DNA from: Catajapyx aquilonaris | Taxonomy: Eukaryota | DNA: 64,000 nucleotides | Direction: 5' to 3' | Assembly (NCBI GenBank): GCA_000934665.2 | Contig: KZ538061.1 | Coordinates: forward strand, 1 to 64,000 | Shown: one piece after another, positions 1 to 9,700 of the stretch | Numbering within the stretch: position 1 is the first letter of the stretch | How the letters are laid out: each line of letters opens with the position of its first letter | Notes under the pieces: generated by a model | What the model was told of the DNA's origin: nothing | Databases searched by the model: none | The model's input: the letters and a program-made list of their open reading frames with translations, nothing else | Position numbers and translations under genes: made by a program

Positions 1-215
1 GGTGGGGGCAAGGGTGGGGGTGGGGGTTTCTCTGTCAGGTTGGGGGGGTAGGGTAGGGTGGCAATCATCGGCGTAGGGCCCTAGGTGCGCAATGTGAACC
101 ATGTGGCCGGCGGGCGGTGCATATCCTTCCCGACTACGTACGACTACGTACGACTACGACTCGTACAATGAGCATCCAAACTGGCCCTCGGGCTGCCCCT
201 GGGTGCACCCCACAC

Positions 216-463
216 CATTGCATTGCATTCGGTTGGGGATGTGATGATAAATCCGACATTACAGAACTGAGAACGCACATTCAAAGTTGCCCCGGGCCGC
301 CCCGGGGCCGCCCCTAGCCACGGTCCGCCCACAGTCACGATCCGTCCCGGTCCTCACTCCACATGATTTCATTGCATTTGGTTGGTGAGGCGATGTAAAA
401 TCCGACCTGACGGAAGTCACATCCTAAAAGGCCCCCGGGCCGCCCCGGGGCCGCCCCAAGCCC
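216..463 (+). repeat. Diverged direct repeat, two copies of about 100 bp
   Basis: CATTGCATT(C/T)GGTTGG..AAATCCGAC..CCCCGGGCCGCCCCGGGGCCGCCCC(T/A)AGCC occurs at about 216-319 and 363-462. Confidence 0.75.
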
Positions 464-841
464 CATGCCTCCCCCGGGCACTCTCCCCCGCAACCTGAAG
501 CAAACCCTGCCCCACCAAAACTCCCTGGGGGCCTGAAAAAGCCCAGGGCCAACACTCCCATAAGTCCTATGGAATCTCGAGACGCCCCGTGGATTTACAG
601 GATGTTTTCAATCGCGCGCCTCCTGTAACTTTTCACCACGGTGGCGTCCGTCGTCCGTATGGGAGTTACGTCACAATTTATGCCCCTGCAGACTTACGCG
701 AGCCGCCACGATTCCTGCCTTAAGAGCCTATTTTGACTGTTTTCAGGGCCTAAATGCCTACCTATTTGAGGGTTTTTTAGAACCTAGAAATCCGTTCTCT
801 AGACATTAGTAAGGTGTTAATTGGGTAAAAAACCAGACTTA

Positions 842-1282
842 GGCTGGGTTCACACTAGGCGTTTTTGTCGCCTGCGACTTTGTTGCCGCGTTTTCGTCGC
901 TGACGCCTCACGAGGTTCACACTAGGCGTTTTTGTCGCGCGTTTTGCTTCCCCTACTGATGCAAACCGAGCAGCGTTGCCAACCTGACCCTTAGCAACTA
1001 CCGTTCCACAATAGTCAAAATTAAACACTTTTCACGCGACTTTGTCGCCAGGTGTGTCTGCCCCAACTGATTACCATGTGTTCAGTTTTCAGCGACTTTG
1101 TCGTGGCGTTTTTGTCGCGGCAGCAAAAACGCAGCATGCTGCGTTTTGCGGCGACCAAGCAGGAAAGAAGTCGTGGTGTGTCATGCCCCATAAGTTTGCA
1201 TGTGTTCAGCATGTGTTCTGTTTTGAGCGACTTGTCGCGGCGTTTTTGTCGCGCGACAAAAACGCCTAGTGTGAACCCAGCC
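842..1282. mobile_element. Non-autonomous PIF/Harbinger (Tourist-like) MITE, 441 bp
   Basis: Perfect 30-bp terminal inverted repeats GGCTGGGTTCACACTAGGCGTTTTTGTCGC; 3-bp TTA target duplication (839-841, 1283-1285); partial internal TIR copy at about 913-938; many GCGTTTTTGTCGC/GCGACTTTGTCGC subrepeats; no coding capacity. Confidence 0.9.
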
Positions 1283-2087
1283 TTAGGGACTCAACATCAG
1301 AATAAAAGCTTGCACATCTCTGGATGTGGTCCATCTGATGAAATTGCAAAAAAAAAAAAAAAAAAAAATACCGGTCTGTGATGACCTGTTGACCCCGACG
1401 CAGGGCACACTGCAACACTGACCAACAGAGCACTCGCGTAAAAATATGTGGTGCATTTTGCTTGAAGTCGAGTGGGCCATGCGTTTCAAAATTAGCTCAT
1501 TGATATCCGATTAAATGCCACGGCTTGTTCTGCGTCACATACTCACATTGGTACAGTACTTCAACCCTAATAACCCGGCCCAAATTTTAGTCGGTCAAAA
1601 GGACCTTATTTATCTCCTCCTCCTTCACTCCGATCAGGTCGCCAACAACTTCTGCCAATGTGAACTCAGTTATGAAACACACGGTTGTCTAATGCGCCGT
1701 TGTGTCAAATAATAACATAATAATCAGTGTGCGCTGTGAGTAAACCTAACCTTGAGCGCCATGTCCGCCCCCAGCAAAGCTGACTGCGAAAAAAAGGTGA
1801 CCTACTTATTTGCCCTTTGATTGGCCTAAGCTTCGCAGTGGGGCCTGCCCCGCTGTCGACCCCGGGTTCGTTGGCCCCTGGCTAGAAGGGGCAGTTGTGA
1901 GTCCTATACGCTCGAGACCTCGACAAAGAATGGCGGCACTAGCCTCAACACTATTCCGCCAGTTGGCGCTAGTGGGCTATTGTGAGTTATAGTCGGTTAT
2001 AATAGATCTATTAGTAACCGCGATCAATACCGAGACCAATAACGGCTATTCCAACATGTTTCGAGAATTATTAGCCTTCCGGATGAA

Positions 2088-2165
2088 ATTTATGGCGGAA
2101 TCACGGATGACAGGCAACCCCGTTCACCTTTTGGCAACCCTGTTAAAGAAATAAAGATGGCGGGC
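2088..2165 (+). promoter_or_regulatory. Probable core promoter/TSS region of the FBXL gene
   Basis: YY1/Pho-like AAGATGGCGG at about 2154-2163, ATGGCGG at about 2092, duplicated GGCAACCC (about 2113 and 2133); CpG-richer stretch just upstream of the first candidate splice donor. Confidence 0.4.
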
Positions 2166-2215
2166 TTCGCATCACGAAGGCAGCGATGTCTGTCTGCTTC
2201 GCGGGTCTGCTTGCT
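2157..2215 (+). CDS. Candidate first exon of the FBXL gene (MAGFASRRQRCLSASRVCL)
   Basis: aaagATGGCG start context; donor CT|gtaaga at 2216; 59 nt (phase 2) plus the 46-nt exon 2496-2541 stays in frame and stop-free into the main exon. Could instead be 5' UTR. Confidence 0.35.
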
Positions 2216-2495
2216 GTAAGACCTTTAATACCCAATCTTACCTTTCTGTTCAAATCTGGCTGGAACTTCTCTGTCTGACTGCTAACTTGAAAGGGGCAGC
2301 CACTAACACGTTGCTGTCCTGCTTGAAAGGATGCAGAGTTGTCTGACAGCTTGCAGGTGACACGTTGAATGAGTCAGATTTGAAGTTTTCAATGCATGTA
2401 ACACCTGCGTGTGTGTTTATGTTGCAGGATTGCAGCAAACTACAATAAGTCCTTGTCGTTCTGGCCTACCCCTGTTCTGCAGTCATTCTGTGCAG

Positions 2496-2541
2496 ATCTT
2501 GGCATCTTCTCACCGAGCTAAGCTGTACCGCAATGGCCATG
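2496..2541 (+). CDS. Candidate small upstream exon of the FBXL gene (contains ATG GCC ATG at 2533)
   Basis: Acceptor ttctgtgcag ends 2495; donor ATG|gttagt at 2542; phase-0 join to GGC ACA CCT at 2827 gives MAMGTPKR. Confidence 0.5.
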
Positions 2542-2826
2542 GTTAGTTCACTGCTGCTCATTGTAGGTGCACTTACACCAGAATGGTTGGTACACTCATG
2601 ATGTGGTCATGAGGGTATTGGCTGGGATGAATCCATGTGTATAGGCAGCCCAAGCTAAGTCTACTAGTGTTTTACATAGAACTTCACTGTGCTTCACCCA
2701 AGACCTGCACAGACTTACCTTGGGCAGTCTGTACGTCACTGTGACTGACTGTGACCAATCGCGAATGCTCCAGTGTAAAAGCACCTTATGATCATGCAGT
2801 ATGTTTAATAGTTGTGTTTCATGCAG

Positions 2827-3978
2827 GGCACACCTAAGCGATGCAAGCTATCACATGCTTGCTCATCAACAACTGAAGAGGACCGAGCCGGCTTCAACAG
2901 TCTGCCACCAGAGCTTCAGTTGAAGATATTTTCATACCTGGACAAAGACGACTTGCTGCTGGTTACCTACTGTGTTTCCACCAAATGGCGGACATTGTCA
3001 CTGACTACTACTCTGTGGACATCACTGGTACTGAGAGACATGACCATACCCACGGCTGCAGTTCTGGGAGTGCTGGCTAATGGACGACTTTTGAAGCAGG
3101 TTGCAATATCAGAGCGTAGTGATATCGAGGAACTTATGCATGCTGTTATTGGTGGTTGTTCTCAGTTAGAGAAACTAGATTTGCATGGAGTGAAAATTTA
3201 TGATGGGAATATCTGGAATCGGGTAGCTGAGAACTGTAAGGAAATTGTGCATGTCGGGCTTCATAATTCTTATGTATCAGGAGGACTTACGTTTGAAGCT
3301 CTGTCAAAATTTGAGAAACTAAAAACACTTGTTTTGTACAACCAACAAGGTTTCTTGTATGACTGGAAGTGTGACTGGAACCTTCATTTGACAGAATTAA
3401 GTCTCGAGTCTTCAGCTTTAACTGATTATAACATGACAGGAATACTCGGGAAGCTCAAGTCCACATTAGTTAAATTGACATTTGATGGAGATTTCATTAG
3501 TGACCGAACTTATGCATCACTTTCGCTGTGCAAGAAATTGGAACTGGTTCACATCAACTATGCATGGTCCATTAATGATATAGGTATGGTTGAAGGCCTC
3601 GGAGCACTTTGCAACTTAAAATCCTTGAGAGTTCACCGTGGGAGAAAACTAACCAAAGATGCCATCAAATCTCTCCTAAACATTCCAAGTGCTGTGGAAC
3701 AGTTGACCAGTCTAGATTTGTCACGCACCTGTACAGATGACAGTACTGTTTCATACATAACCCGAAAATGTCCACACCTGACTCATCTGAATTTATCCAA
3801 ATGCTTTAAGGTGACTGAAGAGGGACTGAAGACAATAATATCAAACTGCCCAAACCTCAAGACACTTGACATTCGTGGTGTCTGGCATATCACAAGGGGA
3901 AGCTTGCCACTTGTCAGGTCAAGGCCAGACTTGCAGGTTCTTCATACGCATGTGGGAACAGGTTCCTTTGTAACTTGA
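2827..3978 (+). CDS. F-box/LRR-repeat protein (FBXL family, SCF substrate receptor), main coding exon
   Basis: 388-aa ORF (2812..3978). N-terminal F-box motif FNSLPPELQLKIFSYLDKDDLL..VSTKWRTL..LW, followed by cysteine-containing LRRs (LTSLDLSRTC, CPHLTHLNLSKCFKVTEEGL, CPNLKTLDIRGVWHIT). Probable acceptor tttcatgcag ending 2826; an in-frame ATG at 2821 is an alternative start. Stop TGA 3976-3978. Orthologue not identifiable by eye. Confidence 0.9.
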   Translation, partial: GTPKRCKLSHACSSTTEEDRAGFNSLPPELQLKIFSYLDKDDLLLVTYCVSTKWRTLSLTTTLWTSLVLRDMTIPTAAVLGVLANGRLLKQVAISERSDIEELMHAVIGGCSQLEKLDLHGVKIYDGNIWNRVAENCKEIVHVGLHNSYVSGGLTFEALSKFEKLKTLVLYNQQGFLYDWKCDWNLHLTELSLESSALTDYNMTGILGKLKSTLVKLTFDGDFISDRTYASLSLCKKLELVHINYAWSINDIGMVEGLGALCNLKSLRVHRGRKLTKDAIKSLLNIPSAVEQLTSLDLSRTCTDDSTVSYITRKCPHLTHLNLSKCFKVTEEGLKTIISNCPNLKTLDIRGVWHITRGSLPLVRSRPDLQVLHTHVGTGSFVT

Positions 3979-4556
3979 AATGGTGTTTCTGTATTGTTGC
4001 TATTTCAACTATTAGCCTCTCATCAACTGACCTGCCCCAGCTGCATTTAAATGGGAATCTGTAAGAAAGTGTCATGTACATTAGCATTGATATTTAATGT
4101 GACTTATGTAATGTTTATGATGTTAAAGGGATACTGCGAGGACTGCGAGCTACTCCATGCATTTATACGCGAAGATGATAAAAAAACGTCGTATCTTGAC
4201 TATGAGAATTGCTGCAAGTCTAATTTTTCTGTCATGTTTCAGCAAACAAGTTTTTGTAGCAAGATCACTGTTGTACAATTGATATTCAGAAGTCATAAAT
4301 GTTGCTGACTTTTACAATCAGTTGTGTAATGCATGGATTTGATGATGGGTGTTGGCTTTTGAATTGCCAAGCGCTGTATTCAGATGAGACTTGGCAATCT
4401 CCAAATGTGTAATTGTTGTTAAATGTTATTTTGTCTCAGTAAAAGTTTGTGACATGTTTTTCAATTTGTCTTCGCCCACATTTTGTTAGCAAAGTCCATG
4501 ATCTTGATAATGCTGGAGTGTGAATTTTGAAAAAGGATTTAATTGGACAGTGTTCA

Positions 4557-4562
4557 AATAAA
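4557..4562 (+). terminator. Candidate polyadenylation signal of the FBXL gene
   Basis: AATAAA about 580 nt after the stop, following a T/G-rich UTR-like stretch; variant AGTAAA at 4438. Confidence 0.4.
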
Positions 4563-4603
4563 CACCACAGCAATAGTCCTAGGCACAGCACTCGACTAAT
4601 TTG

Positions 4604-4712
4604 GCCTCACATTTCACATTCTTCAAATTCACATTCTTCAATTCACATTCTATCAAAAAATGCAATCGAATTTCAGATTCTATCAAAAAATGCAAATGAT
4701 ATGAAATGTGAA
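4604..4712. repeat. Short inverted-repeat-bounded element with internal tandem duplications (MITE remnant?)
   Basis: CCTCACATTTCACAT at about 4604 pairs imperfectly with ATATGAAATGTGAAG ending about 4712; TTCACATTCT occurs three times; ATTCTATCAAAAAATGCAA occurs twice at 30-bp spacing. Confidence 0.5.
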
Positions 4713-4809
4713 GTCTAGAAGTTACCTGGAAGTTGGCCCAGAATTAAGTGAAAATTACATAGTGACATTAAACATTCGTAAGCAACCTTTGAAACGCCTT
4801 CCAAGAGCT

Positions 4810-6631
4810 TTCTTCCGAGCCGCACTGATTTTTTATTTGCAAAAGTATATCAATTATGCAAATTACCTCTTCTCTGTGAGGCCGTACTTTCGAAGTTATT
4901 GTATGGTAACAAGTAGCACTTCATGTCGAGGAGTAAACGGTAACTAGACATTGGGAGATGGGATAAAAAATACAAGTAACTTCCATTTCTCAGTTGCTTC
5001 ATTCCCTAATTAGAACAAATATTTGAATTATAATTTACAAGTACGATATAAAAGAAATTCTCAGTGAAACATGGTTAGTCTGGGATTGCTTGTGTCACTG
5101 CATGTAATTATTATCATGCCTCATGTCATGTATACATAATTAGTTTCTTTTTTCTCTCTCTTCAAATCACATTACAAGAACTAAAAAGTGAGGAAAGGGA
5201 ATGCTACACATTTTATTCCCTAGATTCTCGACTCATCAACCACACTTCTTAATTATTCTGACCAATTGCATTCATATTATTACAGTTGTCAACTTCAATG
5301 GCAAGACTTATGCTCTGCCACTATTTTAAAATGTTAAAATAGACTGTAGATGCCTTGTCGCTAAAATTTGGCATTGACGTGAAATGTCAGATGTTACCTT
5401 TTCTGTACATTTTTTCTATACAAGTCTTTACTTGTGAACAACAGAGGCAATGAAAGCTGCTTGTCAGACAGTAATTAAAATTCCAACATGAACGTCTCAA
5501 GGCAGATATCCTTAAATGCTTGAAAATGACTGATGTTAATAAAATGACAGTAAAACATATACAGAGGCATCAATCCTAACTGCAAAGCAAAAGCCTGTGA
5601 ATGGACACCAAGTGCAATGTTTATTATTATTATTATTATTATTATTAATATTATTATTTTCACATTTTGGATTCTTGTTCTAATCAACCCAACTTCTTTT
5701 TTTTCCTTTCGGTCAACTGTGACAAGGCTCTTGTGAATTCTGTACACAACTCTACTGGTGCAATATTTTAAAATGAATCGAGTAGATCTTCACCTACAAA
5801 CTGTACACTGTACATATTATTTTTTCCCTTGCATCTTTCTTTTTTCCTGAATATATGGGGAAAAAATCAACGGATGTTGCACATCACACCAGTAAATGCA
5901 GTCCAACAACCAGGTTTCCAGTCTATCTACACACTACCACTCCTGAAAAGTTCATCGTTGAATATTTGGGTGGTAGGGATGCAAGCAGGGCCAGCCACAT
6001 CCCATTGGCTGATTACAACAGAAGGAAATTGAGGAGCAACAACATCCATCGCATTGCACTAAAAAACGCTTCCATTTTGGCATAAAGGCAAAAATGATCC
6101 TGCCTGTGGCAGAGTGTGAAGAATTTTTAATCCAACAGCCTTTGTACTCTTGTCGTATTACGTCAGATTGTCCCATTGTGTTTGCACTTACGTTTTGCCT
6201 GTCTGAAATAAAATGGGGGATCTATTGATATGTTACGAACTATGAGGTTGTTCACACCGAGGAGTAGACCCTGTCGCATCTGTTATGAATTCCACACTTT
6301 GCCAGAGGCAGGATAATATTATACTCTGCATAAAATGCCTCTCCAGTGGCCAAAAGTTGTCTGGTCCTTCATGAATATGTAACAACATATCACGCACTCT
6401 CACTCACTTCCACGCACACACGCACAACACCACAACACAACAACAGGCACATGTGCCGGCTTTTTAAGTCCTTCCTCAGAAAAAAAGGAGAGAGAGAAAG
6501 AAATGAATTGCTCATTTGGATGTTGTCCGTCAACAAATTAAAAACAATAAAATTAATTGTGGACAACATGATCATTAATAGTACATCCCTGAGATCCACA
6601 GTTGAGTTTTACATGTGCTGCCTTCCAGTGG
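4810..6631 (-). other. Probable long 3' UTR of CDK14
   Basis: AT-rich stretch with no credible ORF, U-rich on the minus strand; minus-strand AATAAA hexamers at about 5620, 5212 and 4832. True end unknown. Confidence 0.45.
5621..5657. repeat. (TTA)n microsatellite
   Basis: About 12 near-perfect TTA units. Confidence 0.9.
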
Positions 6632-6738
6632 CTAGACCTTCTTGTTGCGCAGCTCCTGGGCAGCTTTGATCACAGACGGAGGGTACCTCTTCTCTTCAGG
6701 CCACAGCTTGATTCCCTGGACACTGAAGATGGATGTCT
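6632..6738 (-). CDS. CDK14: CDK14 terminal coding exon ([35 protein letters not shown])
   Basis: Acceptor aattgcag at 6739-6746; ETSIF matches the conserved PFTAIRE tail; stop TAG 6634-6632. Confidence 0.85.
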
Positions 6739-9700
6739 CTGCAATTGAGATTTTCGATTCAAGGCACACATCCTGCTGAGACCGACCGACTGCCTTCGCC
6801 TTACCATTAGACAAGTCATATATCTTTGGAGGGAGGTCTGAGAAGTACTTGTGCCTCAGTGCTTGCTCTGCCCCTATCCGCTGGTTTGGGTTGGGCTGCA
6901 GGAGTACGCAGGCCATGGTCTCTGCATAAGGAATGTCGTAGAGGCGTGGGAAAGCCAGTCCTATCCTCTGACCCTTATACAGGTTCAGCTTGTGAAGTTT
7001 GTAATTAGGCAGTCGGGTCACACCATCCCAGGTCTCTTCCACTGGAGTGCCTAGAATCTGCAAGGAGTTTGGAAAATTGTCACAAATCTCCTTATTTCAG
7101 CTTGTTCTTATACAAAACCAATTTAACATCACAAGTCTACCCCTGAATGGAAGTTATTAAATTAGTTGCCACCATTTTTCTCCCAAAACAGAATAAAGAA
7201 ATTATTACCTTGAATATTTTATCTAGCTGATCATATATGTCTCGGACACCTGGGAAGGTGGGCATCCCTGTGATCATCTCCATAAAGATGCACCCGACTC
7301 CCCACATATCCAGGGAAGTCGAGTAGTCAGTGCTGCCAAGCAGAACGTCTGGAGGCCTGTACCAAAGGGTCACCACTTCATGTGAATATGTATGGCTTGG
7401 AACAGATTTGGCTCGGGCCAGACCTGAAAGGCAAGTGAACATGCATGAGGTTGGCATTCCACATCAATACATTCTTTTCTGTCACTACAAAGCAATGTGG
7501 GTCGTTTGCAAGTTGAATTGCATAAACAGGAAGGGGGGATGGAAAGCTCATTTAAATTCAGATGAAACTGTTGCAAAACCTGGCTGTGAAAGTGACGAGA
7601 AGCAATGGGCTTTTAATCTAGTTAGCGTCTCCACATGTGCCATTTGCATTCTGATGGTGTGGAGCTTTTTAACCCATCTCTTGGGGAAAGGCTCAGTTAT
7701 GCATTGTGAAATGCAGCAGTGCTGAATGGCATGATGAAATTGAGAGCATGACAGACTTAAACTGGGGTGTTAGTATGAGCATTGCTGGTTCATGAAACTT
7801 TCAAGCAATTAAATTATTGATGCAGAGAGGTGAATAATGTTGCTAGTAATGAATTGAATGTAATACCGAAGTCGGCCAGTTTCAGTTCGCCGATCTCACT
7901 AATGAGAAGATTCTGTGGCTTGACATCCCGGTGCAAAACCCATCGTCTGTGGCAGTATGCAAGGCCACGGAGGAGTTGGAAGAGCAGAAGCTTGACATTC
8001 TTAGGATTGAGACCTCCACTATGCCTCTCGAGATACTGCGACAGGTCAGTGTGCTGCAAGTATAAAAATCATTCATAAATTTCCCCCTTGGTGTGGAAGA
8101 AATGAAATTCCCCAGTGGTAAACCACTTACCAAATACTCGAAGACAAAGGTCAAGGTTTCTTTGGTGTGGATGATGTCATGAAGAGTTACGATATTTGCA
8201 TGTTTTAATTCCTTGAGTAGAGAAGCTTCTCGTATGGCTGTAAAAGGTGTGCCTTCTTCTTCTTGGAGCCGGATTTCCTTCAATGCCACCACTTGATTCG
8301 TAAGGCTGAAAATACCCCCAAAAATTAGGTCGCTAGTATTTTATTTTTTTAGGTTAGTAAAACTGAGATTTATTGCTGAATCTCAATAATTATAGTCGAT
8401 GTTCATTTTAGTGTTAAACCACACAGTCATGCTTTAAGTAAACTTTTACCCCAGGCTACCTTTCCTCCCTCGTTTAAAATCGCCAGACTACGTGCATGTC
8501 TGGGAACACGTTATAGTTTTATTCCCTCCATGGCCATAGCAACGTCTAGCAACGTATGACGTCAGTGGGCGAGTCTCCAATCTTTTACAATCGTACCCCG
8601 AATAGTTTACTACAACACCGCCTGTGCCTCCTTGCACCACCTGTTGTGATTCTCCATCACATGAAAATGTTTATGCTTCTGTGGATCTACGAAGTTATGG
8701 ATCCCCTAATATTTACTCCCCAGCCATAATAGCGGGGTCAAAACGAAACTTGGTTTGGTTACACTACCAGCTGACTTCACCAAAAATAGTACAAGTAATA
8801 GTGGAATTGTTAATTTTTCAAACTAATTAAGGAGAGTGCATACTCACTTGCTATAGCCCTTAAACACAGTGGCATACGATCCTTCACCAAGCTGCTCCAA
8901 CTTGATATAGGCCTCAGATTTGCCAAACGGAGAGTCCCCCTGCAAAACATAAAGAAAGAACATCAAGCCACAGAAATCTCCAAGGCGATTGCGGGGACAG
9001 ATGAGTGGCAGTTTCCATTTGTAGACTAACAAAGCAGCTTGTTTCAGGCGCCGATTCTTAATAGCAACGGGGCCGATTTGACGCCGTTTCTAAGACCGCC
9101 CGGAGCTTCCTTCTGCCATATGCAGGCAACCCTAGTTTCTTGGGAGAGTCTAAGGAAACCTGCTTCTCCCTCCAATATAATTGAGCCCGGTTAAAGTTGA
9201 ATTCTGCCTTTTCCTCCTGATCCTCCCACCCCAACCCGCAATTTCCGCCCGGGCAAGGGTCCAAGGAGCCGAGATGAGATGAGGGTGAGAATCCGGGGAT
9301 ACCAAACCGCCTCGAGGGGCACTTGCCAAAGAGGGAAGCATATACGCACTTCAATCTGCAACCATCCGCAAGAAACCATTCCGGGCACCCCCTTCCCTGC
9401 CACAAGCACTTCTTCTGGACAAAAGATCCCTAGACAGCTGCCATAATCCGCTTATGCACGAGCCATCAGTATCAAGCACGGCCTGCACTCCAGTATGCCA
9501 GTTGATGAGAAATTCGACATCCCGTTGGCACGTTGCTTCAACAGCCCGTGGCCATCATCATCGCCTGCGGGCCCCTCCCTATACTTTCTTGGGTGATCTT
9601 CCGCCATAAAAGTGCTGGGATCTAGTCGATTCAAACGCGCGGCGTCGATGGAGCAGAAGCTGGCGATGGCCGTCGCTTTGACGCCAACACTACATTAGTG

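Larger units (their letters stand above)
1..1412. mobile_element. Possible remnant/end of a larger DNA transposon that hosts the MITE
   Basis: Diverged GC-rich direct repeats, CCATAAG..CTATGG hairpin at about 559-572, poly-A 1348-1368 and a terminus-like ...GGGCACACTG at 1403-1412. The other end is not in the window, so no TIR/TSD pair is visible. Confidence 0.3.

Noticed and set aside
1021..1381. Overlapping ORFs within the MITE
   Set aside because: Products of internal repeats; no transposase or Myb motifs.
4051..4308. 85-aa Cys-rich ORF downstream of the FBXL stop
   Set aside because: Lies in UTR-like T/G-rich sequence before the poly(A) signal; no recognisable domain.
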